Assembly: GCA_032718475.1 (NCBI GenBank) | Contig: JAUCBJ010000765.1 | Span: 36,913 to 100,912, forward strand | Direction of reading: 5' to 3' | Source of the DNA: Nemertoderma westbladi | Taxonomy: Eukaryota; Animalia; Xenacoelomorpha | Length of the DNA stretch: 64,000 bases | Part shown: piece by piece, positions 13,758 through 26,548 of the stretch | Layout of the letters: every line of letters starts with the position of its first letter | Numbering within the stretch: the first letter of the stretch is position 1 | Position numbers and translations under genes: made by a program | Notes under the pieces: model-generated | Database searches by the model: none | Told to the model about the DNA's origin: nothing | What the model saw: only the letters and a program-made list of their open reading frames with translations

Positions 13758-15982
13758 AATATCTCATTCCATTAGGTTTCTAATCTCATTGAGTTTCTCT
13801 TTTCTTTGGGTTTCTTATCCCCTTGGATTATTGAGTTTCTCAAATAACTTTTAATTTTATAAAAATATGTTCGAGGTATTTCTTGTTTGATTTTGTATCA
13901 TTATTATGCATTTAATTTTATTCGGGTTTGATTAATAATGGTCGATGTTGATTGATTTGTTTCTTTGTTTGTAACTAATTTGTAGTAAGTAAACTGCTTT
14001 TTTCGCATTTATTTGTATTTTTGGCTGAAACAGATAGTTTGAAGCTTTTTGGCGCTCTAAGGAACTATTTTTTTTATTTGCTCCTATCAATTTGGTTTAT
14101 CTATTAATATAAGTATCTATGTTGATATTTTTCCCAATCATGATAACTATTCTTTACATTTTTTAATGATTTGAATTTCTAGTGTTAATTTTGATATTTT
14201 AATGATGTGTTACATAATTCGATGTAGAGCTGTAGCATATGTTTTACTTTGTTTGATTTTTTCAGTGCCAGCACATATAATGTTATTACGAATATATGCT
14301 GAAATATTTATTACTTAAAAACAATTTAGCTACTGAGATCAATATATAGCAGATATGACATTAAATTATGCACCGTTGATGTGAAATAATAAATTATGTT
14401 TACAAATATATATATATCAATAATATATACGTTGTATACAATCGGTAAAAAATATTTATTTTCTTTATTTCCACAAATATATGGAAGGGAAGCTGTGAAA
14501 GAAATGCAACTTATTTGATAAAAATGGCAGACGTTCTTCTACCGTAAAACTGAGACTCACTAGTATTGCTGTACACCTGCTATGTATTATCAATTCTGCT
14601 GTTCTTGGAAATCCCTCGTACAGATAGTAAACTACTGGTAGGCACTTTGTTCAGTATTTCGTCTTTCTATATAGCGCAAAAGAGAATGAAACTTTAACCA
14701 TTTGTCATGTCAATTAATTACATCGCTTATAAAGTCTTACGAGAAAACATAACGAAAAGGCTAATGTAATTTATCGGGATGGGCTTGCCATCTCTCGTAT
14801 GGGTGTGACGAAAAAGTAACTTTTCCGTCATGACCCTTGGATGTATTCCCATGTAATAAATAGTTCCATTGATATACCCGAAATTTGGAGTTGTCTACTG
14901 GGTAGTATTCCGATATTTTTTCCTGAATAATTATGAGTTATTTTATTGACTCAACTATGCTAGTACAGTTTACAGTAGTGTCATAATCTTGTGAACTTTG
15001 CTATTTAAACCTGTTACCTTAACAACCTTTCGCCGTGCTTACTATGTACTCTCTGATGAATCTGTTTTTACAATGAATGACAGTTTGCGTTGTTATATGT
15101 GTTTAGCTTAATGTTATCTTGATTCAATCACTCAGATATTTGTTATCTGGGATGCCAGCGCCCATGCTATGTATTTCCATTAAGACCGTATATGGTCAAA
15201 GTCAAAATAAATGTTACATAAGCGAAACTTTTAAGTGAAATTTTAAATTTGACAAAATATAGGAACATTATATGCCATTCGAAAGATCTTGGCGAACTGA
15301 ATTCGAATCTGGCAATGAAACATAAGACCATATAGGTAATAATATAAATTATAACATAACACTAAGTCCATATTGTCCAAAAACTGATTTATGTAATTCA
15401 CATCTACAGTTTTTATGGTATTACATGAAACACAGTTAGTACTCACAGACTACATTTAATGTAGACCATGAGCCATTATTTCTACAGAGTTTGTAGGTGG
15501 TTGCTCATGGTATTCATTAAATGTATATTTTTGTGAAGGATTTGTGTAGACCATGAACTAAATTGATTCAAAACAGCAGCAGTATATATTAGATTAAAAA
15601 TAAATTACTCAGTATTCATTTCGGAGCTCATTCTGAAGCATTATATTAGGTAAATACAAATTCAATTCATTAATTAATTTTAAACACATTCATTAATGAA
15701 TTATTACTGTATTTCCTAGGTTATTTTCACTTGGTTAAGTTCTTTAGTTTCTCATTCTAGTTATTAGGGCCTACTACCGGTACTTAAATAGGTGTTTATT
15801 CGCATTTCGAAACCTAAAAATTTTTTATCGAAGACACTAACCTTCATAGGAAACTTATTACAAAATAGACCATTAATGCAGAAACGGCAGTGTAGGAGGA
15901 TAGCTCGCGATATTGGAAAGCATACTGGTTCGCCTTTATATAATGTAGTTTAAAGTTAAACGTCCCTGCCTGTAATAACCAG

Positions 15983-16097
15983 TCATTTTCTCCGCAATTA
16001 ACTGTTTAGTTGTTTTAGCGGACATAACAAACCATTTTCTCCGCAATGTACCCTGTAGGTGTTTTAGCGGACATAACAAGCCATTTTATGCCGCAAT
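15983..16097. repeat. About 49-bp tandem repeat, roughly 2.3 copies
   Basis: CATTTTCTCCGCAAT…TGTTTTAGCGGACATAACAA occurs twice, followed by a partial third copy. Confidence 0.75.
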
Positions 16098-16581
16098 ACG
16101 CCAAATACTCTAAATAGAGTGTAGTTTCAGATGACGAAATCTGTCAGCTGATTTGCTGTTGATGTGGAACTTTCTTTGTTCAGGCTCGCTCGACCAATCA
16201 GAGCGATTTTCATTTTATTTGCACAGAGGCCTACGGGAAAACGCGCAATGCATTACTGTCTTTGTTTACCTTTCTGAGCCTCAGAACATCGACTTAGAAA
16301 TTATTCTGTTCTTCGGTAGAAGTTTCAGACTTTGGCCAACATTAGACAGCTTTGATTACAAGAACGTAAATCTATTATCTGGCCACCAACTGCACCTGAT
16401 GAAACATCTCTGGCCATCAACTGCAAACTAAACTCTGCACCTGGCTGCACCTACCAACTGCGGTACCGGTACTACCGATACTGCACCTGTCAACTTGTCA
16501 ACCGATCACCTGCACTGTGCAACAAACTGGTCAACTGGCTGACTATCACCGCATTATTTTACTTCTGTTTACTGTCTGTTA

Positions 16582-17445
16582 GGGGCCGTCCAAGTATGAC
16601 GTCAGCACTTTAGGGGGGGGAGGGGGGTTGCAGTTGGGAAAATCTGATGACGTGCTGATGAGGGGAGGGGGTCAGCCAAAATCTGACGTCAGCATGTTCA
16701 TTTATAGGTGCTAGAAGAGATATAGCAGAAGAGTAAATAGTTTGCCTATTTTAATTGTTCGAAGCCCCCGAAGGCCCGTAGCACGACCTTTTGTTTCAGT
16801 TACCAGTCACCATGTTTCAGTGATTAGGACGCGTGCTACTGGGGGTACTGCGGTACTGGGGTTGGCCTGAAAATGAAACATTAAGCCTAAGCTAATGATT
16901 GTTAGAGACTGCAGTACCGGTACCTCTACCGGTTCATATAGCTTATTAATATATTATTTTTTATAAATTATATTATTATATAGCTTATTATATAGCTTAT
17001 ATTATATATTAGCTTATGTTTGTTTATTATCATTCATAAACTGCTGTCGCATCAGGTACAATTATGTAAATGATAGGCTATCCTACTACAACTCTATACC
17101 TTCCTATATAGATAAGCTATGTAACTACAGCCAGCCCCCGTGCCCGCCCCCTCCAATGCAATATAATACCTCCTTTATCCTGCTGAATAGTTTTATTATT
17201 CTTTTGCAATATTTGATAATTTATTCTTTCTTGGCATACACTTGACTAATTTAATTCGTGATTCGACATATGATTATAAATAATCTTCATAATATAATAG
17301 TAATAGTTTAATACAACATTTTTTTAAATCTGATTTAGGGGGGGGGGGGGGGGGGGGTCAACGCCTATCTGATGACATCTGATTTAGGGGAGGGAGGGGG
17401 TCAACATTTTGGGGAAAAGTGCAGACGTCATACTTGGACGGCCCC
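16582..17445. mobile_element. PIF/Harbinger-type MITE (864 bp)
   Basis: About 30-bp TIRs GGGGCCGTCCAAGTATGACGTC(A/T)GCACTTT with one mismatch. 3-bp TSD TTA at 16579-16581 and 17446-17448. G-rich subterminal repeats and no ORF. Confidence 0.88.
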
Positions 17446-19580
17446 TTATTAATGGTTATATGTTGATGGATATGTTGTTATATTTGGAGAATATCGATAA
17501 ATAATCATAAAACCCCCCAATCTTCTTGATTACTAAAGGTTAGAGGGACCGGTTACCGGTAGCAATTGCGACTTACATTACAGTGGTTTTAGTGTGCATT
17601 AAATGCTATTTCATAATCCCTACATGTGTCAGTTGCTATCCTCCTTATATATGATCAAATTCAGTGACGGTCGGCAGATCAGTGTGAAACAGTGTGAAGT
17701 CGTGTGTAGTAGTGTGACAGATAATAAAGCATCTCCTAAAGAATGCGCTATTTACGAAAATCAGTAGCCATCTCGTTGTGTTTAGTATAAGTCATAACTC
17801 TGTTTATACTTAAAGCGCCACATCCTAAAGGAACTGTTAATATTTCCCCGAAAGTGAATAATATTGTCAGAGATTATATAGTAACGATCAATCGAATAAT
17901 ACAGTAGGTCTGCAACGCAATAAGGTCAAAGCATCCGAATCCAGTCTCCCTTAACTGTGGGGGAATGATCGCGCATAGACTGGCTTCGGCTAATGTTACT
18001 TCATGTGCATTAAATAATTGTTATAGGCTAAAGTCGATTTATAAACAAGAGGACACCTAAAATTGGCAGGTTAAACTGCTAAAGGTCTGAAAGGGCGAAC
18101 AATAATAGATTTCAGATTCTTTATTGCACCGTAGGCAATAAAGTCGAAGGTACCGGTCGAACGGTAAGCTGTAGGCCTAACTGCCCAACTAACTGCCCGA
18201 ACCGGTACTTACAGGTATACATCAGTATTATTCGATTTTGATAATTATATACCGGTAGGTCTTGATATTTAATCAGGGACGGCCGCCCTGGTTTTTTATT
18301 GGGATTTTACTTATTTCTGTCAGTTTTATTTATTTGTAAGTGTAATATTGAGCAGAAGGCGTGTAAGCCTGCTCAGATTGCATAAATAATTTGTAGGCTG
18401 GATTGTTGTCTGACTGTTGTTAAGTCTGAAGAGATTGCAGTGTGTGTAGAGTGTATGTCCGATAAAGTACTAGTTAGGAAGGTGGGGGCATCCAGTGCTG
18501 TAAGGTAAATCCCCCCCCCCCCGAAAGAATAAGTCGTACTACTCGGTTAGAACGCCTACTAACTAACCATTTCGGAGTCTGCATATACTGTAGTTTATTT
18601 GGGCTTGATAGTAGTCTGCCAGCGTTTGGTCTGTATTTTGTTTGTGTAGTCTGCATGGGTAGCATATTTATTTATTATTCAGAGTCTATGCGAGTATTCG
18701 CAACATACATAACTCCCTAAGTTTATTCCTACAGTAATTGTGCTTGTTATACATACCGTTATAGTTAAATTAACCCCGCTACTACATCAGGGCTGCTTGG
18801 CGTAGGTAAAGACTGGTGATTTTATGATCTAGTCACTCCAGCAGATACCGTGGTTCTTTTGGCTGTTCAAGTATTTTTAAGTGCTGGTTATTTGTAGTAT
18901 AAGTATTTGTAGCTAATTTAGGGTTTAGTGTACAATACTTTCCGAAGGTAATTAGTGTGTAGGCAGTATATTTGTGTTGTAAAGTGGTTAATAGGCACGT
19001 TAGCTCTGGTTGGCTGCGGTAATTAACTTCTAGGTAAGAACACTCCGGGTACATAACGTAGTACTTATAGAGCTGTACAGCTAAAGACTATAAGTCGTTA
19101 GACGGTGGTATTTTCTCCTATTTGTATCCTGTCCGTTGTAATAACCAGAAATTCTAACCCTTGTTAGGCTGGTTTGTAGATTTCCTGTAAAATTACCCTA
19201 AAATTTGTAAGTGTAATTTTTGTGTTTATTTAGAGATTGTAATCTCAAACTGTAATTGTAAGTAATTTGTAGTGATAAGTAACTTAGTAAAGTAGAATTA
19301 TTTGTTTTAGTGTCCAACAAGTAGCACTTCACTGAGAGCGTACAGCTTCTGTGTAGTGACTCCTTACCAGAAATAATAACATTTATTTCAAATATTGTCA
19401 AAAAACCCATTATAAGGGTATATATATATTATAAATCAACTCAAACCGATTTATAAAATAGTAGACCTGTCATACATCAATTAGGTCTTAATATCAGTTA
19501 GACTACTGCTTAATAACAGTAACAAAGTAAAGAAAAGTAACCCTAAAATTCAGAAATTCAGTTATTATAAAATAATTGAC

Positions 19581-19840
19581 ATACCGGTATTTACAATAGG
19601 GTTATTATATTTATTTCTATAAATTTAAGCTGAAATTATATACCGGTATTCTGTAATTAATTCTAGTCTATAATCATACTTATATATACTATAAGTGTAT
19701 GCTGTATACCGGTATTTATAGTAGGCTCATTATATATATTTATATAAATTTATGCTGAAATTATATATCGGTATTCTGTGACAAACCCTAGTCTGTAATA
19801 ATACTTATATATATACTATAAGTGTATACCGGTATTCTAA
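19581..19840. repeat. About 120-125-bp tandem duplication (two-plus copies) upstream of the retroelement ORFs
   Basis: TACCGGTATTTA…GCTGAAATTATA…CGGTATTCTGT…TACTTATATATACTATAAGTGTAT starts near 19582 and 19707, with a partial third start near 19827. Confidence 0.7.
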
Positions 19841-19973
19841 TATATTATATATATATCGCGTTATATTGACTAACGATATCGGTAATTAATTACTAGGATT
19901 ACAGTTGATACTGAATTACTAGACTTGCTTTAACTGTCGTTATAGTAGTAGGCATTCAACTGTACAATCAAAC

Positions 19974-20951
19974 ATGGCTGACACAAAGCAAACTCTGTCA
20001 GATAGTCTCCTAGAAAGAACAGTATGCGACTCCGACAGGAGTACCGAATGCTTGAGACCGAAGTTCAAGTCCCCTCCTACTGTAAGAAAGGTCATCCCTC
20101 CAGTAGTAGTATCAGATCCTAGGCTAGTAAAGCACCGTAGGTCTATCATAGGCACTCGGGCTCAAGTCAAGCGGGACCAAGAGGCAGCTGTTAAACAGCA
20201 GCAACACTCGAGCCGAGAACTTATTTCTCAGCGGCCCGATAGCTCCGGTAGTTCAGATACTGTAGAGTTGACACCCGAGCGCGGAGCAAAGATGGCAGAA
20301 GCAGTTTATTCGGATCCACTTCTCATTCTTCCTGAAGCCGTACTCACTAGAGTATTGATTGCGGTGGAGGAACATCAAATTGATTGGGCGAGAAGTAAGC
20401 GATCGACCAAGGACAGTTATGCGGGATACACAAAGGAGGAACTGAAGTCTATTGTCGAGATGCAATGGAACTTCCCCGGACCCGGACTCCCGTTTAACTT
20501 ATCGGAAGCTGCCTGGGAGGACTTATACAGGATGGGAGTAGTAAAGGACACTAGAGATCCAGCTGTGTGGAAGAGGTCGGCAGCAGGATATGTACAGGGA
20601 TTCTTCAGCTCTTTGGAGCGATTAGAGGAACAACTGTTTCAACAACCCCAAGGACCTCAAGAGCAGGGAGAGCTGCTTTATCAAGTTCGAGAACGTATCC
20701 TAAGAATCAGACTAATCCTATCGGCATATGAGGAAGCCTCGAAAAGAAGCCAAGACACGTCGTTGCAAGTTGCCGTAAAGACTTGGTTCCAACGGGTGAG
20801 CCTTAAAGTTCAAGGAACATCCCAATGGAAAATTCAGCTAACTGAGCGCTCAACCCACGGAGAATCAACAGACGCTACCTTTTCTCAAGTGGAAAGCGAA
20901 GCAACATTGGAGAAGAAGAATGAAGTCTTCTCAGAAGAAGGACGCTATTGA
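19974..20951 (+). CDS. 325-aa ORF of unknown function overlapping the gag ORF; probably the frameshifted N-terminus of the retroelement polyprotein
   Basis: Long ORF, GC-richer than its flanks, that overlaps the 875-aa ORF by 32 nt in another frame. No recognisable domain. Confidence 0.55.
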   Translation: MADTKQTLSDSLLERTVCDSDRSTECLRPKFKSPPTVRKVIPPVVVSDPRLVKHRRSIIGTRAQVKRDQEAAVKQQQHSSRELISQRPDSSGSSDTVELTPERGAKMAEAVYSDPLLILPEAVLTRVLIAVEEHQIDWARSKRSTKDSYAGYTKEELKSIVEMQWNFPGPGLPFNLSEAAWEDLYRMGVVKDTRDPAVWKRSAAGYVQGFFSSLERLEEQLFQQPQGPQEQGELLYQVRERILRIRLILSAYEEASKRSQDTSLQVAVKTWFQRVSLKVQGTSQWKIQLTERSTHGESTDATFSQVESEATLEKKNEVFSEEGRY

Positions 20952-23547
20952 CATCTATCTGTCGGACTATCAACGATTTATAGGTGACAAAGAGTTGAGC
21001 AGACAGCTGGCTGGACTTCACCCTACTAGTGAAGGAGCCAAATTTGTGTTAGACGCATTAGATGCGGAAATGTTAGTCGCAGAGCAGGCTAAATTTGATG
21101 AAAGCATCCTCCTCGCTAGGGAACAGGAAGAACAATTAAAGAAAAAACGGATAGAAGACAGAAAGGTAGCAGCAGCGGCAGCGGCAGAAGTTCAAAGAAA
21201 GGCGGCAGCTGCAGCGGCAGCGGCAGAAGCTGAAAGAAAAGCGGCAGCGGCAGAGGCAGAGGCTGAAAGAAAAGCGGCAGTGGCAGCGGCAGAGGCAGCG
21301 GCAGCGGCAGTGGCAGAAGCAGAAAGAAAAGCGTCAGCGGCAGAGACAGAAGCTGAAAGAAAGGTAGCAGCGGCAGAAGCGGAAAGAAAAGCGGCAGAGG
21401 CAGTGGCAGCAGCAGAACGGAGGGCATCTGAAGAGACAGTCCAACTAGAGTTGGAAAATCTTCAAGAGAAGCAAGATTACTTCAATAAACAAAGAACAGC
21501 TAAGTATATGCAGATGATAAGTCGATCTACTCCCAAGAGACAGGGATTTACATCATCTGATGAAGGCGATACAACAGATCCTGAAGGCGGAGGAAATAGA
21601 TCTCGTTCCAGCAGACGTAGAAGAACGCCTCACCATCATAAATTGCCTAATTTGCCCCCAGCTGTGAGAAGGCAACTAGCTAGTGCAGACTTAGGTAGTA
21701 CAGAACCCACAGACCAAATTATTAGAGTAGAAAGACTCCCTACTATAGTAGATGAGCCTGAAATAATTAGGCCTGTTCTCGAAGCCACCCCTTCTGTGAT
21801 AGAGACCCCTGTACTTCCAGAACCTAACTCTAAATTCCCTTTGCACAGTACTAAACTACCTGTACCCAGTAGGACTGTTCCAGAGTCAATTCCAGTCCTG
21901 GACGCCAAGCGAGACATTAACGATTTATCGCCCGTCGTCCCTCGTCTACCCGCTACTATGTTGGTGGCTCCCGCTTCGGCGGTAGAGTGGGTGGATGAGG
22001 GACGGCGGGAGATGGGCCTCCTGCTCGGGCAGCTGACGGAACACCGTTTGTGTTCCTCTCAACAGGTCCGGGAGATGGAAGGGACTGTTCAACAGTTAAA
22101 GGGAACAGTCAGAGAGGGTAGGTTAGAGTTGCAAGAAGTGCAGCAGAGTATCGCGTTAGAACGCGATAAATTAGTAAATATACAAAGGGGTATAACACCA
22201 CCCCCTGTAACAATGTGTCAACCTGTTAGGTCTGAAGTATTTCATGCGCAAGGTGTGGAGCCTACACGCATCTATACTGCTAGTGAAGTAGAAACTCCTA
22301 TAGTAAACCCTATTAAGGGTAACGATAAACCTGTTGATAATGATATTCCATATAGACCTGATCATAATCCGAGAAATTTATATACCGATAACTCGATATT
22401 GAATAATACGATGGCCCAAGAAAGTTTTACGCGTCAAATGGCTAGAACCGAAGCCCGTCAAGCGGTAAAGGTGGGAGAGATCGTCAAGTTCAATGGAGAT
22501 GAGATGAAATGGTTACCTTTTAATGAATATTACAAAGATAACATACAGAACTCTGTGCTATCTAACGGAGAGAAACTTAGATTCCTCATCGAGTGCTTGG
22601 AAGGATCTCCCAAGTTAATGGCGTTAAAGTTTATTGGACATCCAGATGGATTAAGACAAGTTTGGGATACACTAAACATCAGGTATGGTAATAGGAATAA
22701 CATAGCTAGGTATTTGTATGCGAAATTGGTAGCGCCACGAAAGTTTCATAGCAGCGGGATTATAGAATTTTCCGATGAGATCCAAGAGATTTGTAGACAA
22801 TTAGATTGGCTAGGTAAGTCTCATGAGTATCAGAGTTCTATGGTTATTGGAGCTGTAGCATCTACCTTGCCAAAGGGTGGAGTAGGTACTCGTTGGGACA
22901 AACGAGTTCTATATATGATGGAACAACAACGAAGAGACCCTACCATGGCTGATCTCATGTCATTCTTAGATGGAGAGGTAAAATTACAGCTCCTAAAGCA
23001 GTCCAGAGAGAAGACACTGGAAAATAAGGTAAGTGAAAAACCCGTTTCTAGGAGAAAGGTAACACCAGTGTGTTATACAGACGACGGCGAAAGCCAGACC
23101 TCTCAAGAGGATAACAATGGGAAAGACACCGAAAGATCTTACTATGTCAACAAAGCGCCTAAAGGCGTAAGTAAATTTAAGTCTCGAACCAGTGATAGGA
23201 GAGAACAGGTAACAAAAACTCCTCCTACGTCTCCCAAGAGAGTTCATGGAAGAAAGCCCGAGGAAAGAACGAGTGTGCACAACATTACCCAAGGTAAAGT
23301 AAGTAACATCAAACCAAAATGTGCATTGTGCGACGGGCACCACCGTTTAAGTGTGTGTGATGAATTCTTAAAGAAATCCCTAAAAGATAGACGTGATGTC
23401 ATGTGGGATAAGCGGTTATGTTATAATTGTCTCAGACAAGGACACCAATGGCGAACCTGTTATTCCGATGCGAGGTGTGCTAAGTGCGGCGCGAAACATC
23501 ATATCTTGTTGCACACGAATTTGAAAGAAACAGCCCGAGTCAGGTAA
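20920..23547 (+). mobile_element. BEL/Pao LTR-retrotransposon gag (DUF1759-like capsid region plus triple zinc knuckle)
   Basis: 'IVKFNGDEMKWLPF…LSNGEKLRFLIECLEG…WDTLNIRYG' fits the Pao gag pattern. The C-terminal 'CALCDGHHRLSVC…CYNCLRQGHQWRTC…CAKCGAKHHILLH' is the BEL/Pao Cys-His triad. Confidence 0.88.
21160..21425 (+). repeat. GCGGCA/GCAGAG-based coding repeat giving an Ala/Glu/Arg/Lys helical tract
   Basis: Repeated AAAAEAERK-type units within the gag ORF. Confidence 0.8.
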
Positions 23548-24442
23548 GTGAGTCCGAACTATATGTCCAATTCAGTGATGTGAACGACACTGACCAAAGT
23601 TCTGAGATGGAAGGATTCTACACGGACGAATTCTCCGACGAAAACGAATCCTGTTATCTAATAAACACCGCGGTGTATCGAGCGCTTACGTATGAGACTG
23701 AAACCGATAACGAAGCGCACCCGGCTATTCCTGACCGACAACCATCTTGGAAAGCACCAACTTCCAACGTCGGAATCCTGGAATTCCCTGTAGTTCAGCT
23801 AAGAGTCCATGGATTGAGTAAGAGTTTTATAGTCAACGCACTCCTGGACTCCGGCAGCACAGGAACGTTCATCGATAAAGAACTAGCCAGACATCTTCAC
23901 AAGACATCTTTGCAGGACAACCCAAGTTCCGAACTAAGTTGAACCTTTCAGGAATTATGCAGGTTTGGAAATCTACAGTAGCTACAGACTACTATTTAGG
24001 TGCGTTGTCCACTCCCCAAGACGAACTAGGAGAACACAGTATAAGGTCAGTAAAAATGGTGGCGATAAAGAACTTTGCTACCAGCCAAGTAGAACCTTAC
24101 AACTGGGATGAAGACGATTTTACCCAGCAACATAATATCCCTAGATTCAACACAGACTACCCAGGGGTGCAAATTTTAATTGGCCAAAATGCGCATGAGG
24201 CACTTGAGACACTAGAGAAACGACCTGCTCGACCGCAACCATTGCTAACTTATGCGGGAAGAACTAGAGTAGGTTGGTACTTCACTGGACCTTCCCGTAG
24301 AACGCTCATGGAAAGATTACCCACTGAACAAGTGCACCATGGGAAGAAGAAATCAGTGAGGGAGAAATCACACCTGAGGGAACACCATACTCCTCAGATA
24401 ACGACGATATTACTCAGCTATTTGACGACGAAAATACGGTAG
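23484..24442 (+). pseudogene. BEL/Pao aspartic protease region (frameshifted)
   Basis: Active site 'NALLDSGSTGTFI'. The next frame carries 'VQILIGQN…RTRVGWYFTGP', matching the BEL/Pao LIG…T.lGW…GP signature. Frameshift near 23940. Confidence 0.85.
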
Positions 24443-25250
24443 ACCTCCTCACTGAAAGTGAAGCTTGGAGAAACCAAGTGCACCTTTGCCATGCAAATGC
24501 AAATTACCTGCAAATCGCAGGAGCACCTATGGGCGGTCACCACAGTAGTGATTATTCTATAATCAGTTCGTACAAAGTACTCAAGAGGGCGATAACTATT
24601 TCGCTACGGACTCCTTCATTCTTTCGTACTCTGGTGGATGATGTTTCGCCATTAACGATGAGCGACTAACTGATGAGCATTTCGAGTTCATGAAGATTGC
24701 ATTCAACTCAACGTGCAGGAATTTATATAATAGTGATGCCATCCAATTTACAATGGAGTACTCCCATGCTAGTGTCGACTACCTCGATCTAACGATAGCT
24801 GCTAATGCCTACACCCTTAGAACTCGTTTATTTAGAAAACCAATGGCTAATAAACTACCTATTATGTACTCTAGTTTCCACCATAAACCTACGTTACGGG
24901 CAGTGGTGAAATCGGAAATTTTGCGTATTCGCCGTTTAACTGACTCAAACCATTTGTTCACATGTTATAAACACCAGTACCTCGAGTTGTGTGAGAACCG
25001 AGGCTATCCGCTGGATTTCCTCCTCTCCCTCCATGCATCAAACCCAACACCTCTTGGTCCAGTGCCGATCACGCAGCAGCCGTCTTTACCAACAGAGGGG
25101 ATAGTCCATCAGCACCCCAAAATTTGAATAAGACTACATCGAATGGGCCAAAATACACCTCTATATATCTCCCTACGACCCCACAGTTCCTGCCTGTCCT
25201 AGCGCCCGTTATCCGCAAATATAATGCTGACTTGCGTTCGCTAGGTATTA

Positions 25251-25799
25251 GTGTCCAAACGGTCCCGCGTAACCTCCCAGCCTTTAGGTATTAGTGTCCA
25301 AACGGTCCTGCGTAACCTCCCATCGTTAGGTAAACTGTTGATCACCAAGTCCGAGCCAACTCTGCCTCTTGGTAATCACTCTTGCAATGGGCCTCGTTGC
25401 AAATGCTGCTCGGCCGTTCTAGACCAGCGCCGGACACCATGGGGTGACCCCATTCATGGGAGATTTAACTGCAAATCATTTAATGTGATATATTTTATCA
25501 AATGTAAACTGCATCCACACTTGTGGTATCTCGGCCAGACAGAACAGCGTTTACATGAGCGCCTCCGAGGTCACCGTAGTGCCATAAATGACGCAGCTGG
25601 CAAGGGGCTAGGAGTCGATTTATCGAGTCCTGAAGTCTTGCTACTGCAACACTTTGTTATTTGTGGGATCGGTGCGCTCAATATTACATGTTCTAAAAGG
25701 TTTACTAACCACGAGCGTAGGATTCATTCTGAAGCGGTTCTAATTAACTTGCATCGCCCCCCACTTAATACTGTAGTTCCCCGTATTGGTCTGTACTAA
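25251..25799 (+). pseudogene. GIY-YIG endonuclease domain of the Penelope-like element
   Basis: 'FNCKSFNVIYFIKC…WYLGQTEQRLHERLRGH…QHF…SEAVLI…PPLN' contains the VIY/YLG motifs and the conserved R, H, E and N residues of PLE GIY-YIG nucleases. Confidence 0.88.
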
Positions 25800-26500
25800 A
25801 ACATGTGGACTTTGTTTTGTATATTCTACTTAGGATTTTGTATTAATCAGTTTGGTTTATTTTATATCTTATTGTTTTGCTAACTATGTGGCTCGCCCCA
25901 CATGCCCGTCTTTATGATAATTTCAACTCCAGTCATACAGCTGCTATTTGCTTTTTGCATAGCTGGCCCCTCTGGATATTTACCCTATGGCGTAGTTAGT
26001 ATTACTCAATCATTCTGTTTGTTTTATTTAATTAAATTTAAAGATTTTATTACTGCTTTTATTTCTGAGGTTTTTTTTACATGTTTTTTTTATATGTTTT
26101 TATACACATGTCATTCGTATACACTATATCACTGTTGTTTTATTATTTTATTAGCCTTTATTTGTTTTTATAGATATTCTACTTAATAGCAGGATAGGGT
26201 ACACCATTGGTTTAGTTTTTATTTACTGTTAATTTTTAAAAGTTTTTAACATTTTAATACCTTTATTTTAAATTTTGATTTGAGTTAGTTTTGGTGCATT
26301 ATGAATTTCCGATATAATTTCAAACCATGCTCAACTTCTTCTACCGGTCTGCCACTTTACACAGCTAATATCTTTATTAAAATAGTCATAACTACTGTAC
26401 ACTATACAGTACCATAACGGTATCGGTTTTGTATATATCTTTGAAGGTTTTGAATTGGTTGTTTTAGTTAAATTATATTAATATTGTGTTTAAAATAATA

Positions 26501-26548
26501 TACCACTGAAGACGCGCGGGAAGCGTGAAATAGCTACTGTATATGGTA
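26501..26548 (+). ncRNA. Hammerhead-ribozyme-like motif (minimal type I) in the PLE 3' region
   Basis: Parsed by eye: stem I TACCA/TGGTA, core CTGAAGA, one extra C, stem II GCGC-gggaa-GCGT, GAAA, a short stem III, and an ATA cleavage triplet just before TGGTA. Confidence 0.65.

Noticed and set aside
15466-15510. CCATGAGC…GCTCATGG hairpin as another tiny MITE
   Set aside because: The perfect inverted repeat is short and there is no TSD.
16119-16152. Minus-strand CTGA…GAAA hammerhead-like string
   Set aside because: The core reads CTGACAGA rather than CTGANGA, and stems I and III are not convincing.
18341-18820. 5' LTR and PBS for the BEL element (hairpin near 18341-18382, TGGCGTAG near 18799)
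   Set aside because: There is no second LTR to compare, and no extended tRNA complementarity that I can support.
23541-23549. Perfect splice donor CAG|GTAAGT at the gag stop codon
   Set aside because: No acceptor or transcript evidence, and a similar word occurs near 23026. It cannot be distinguished from chance.
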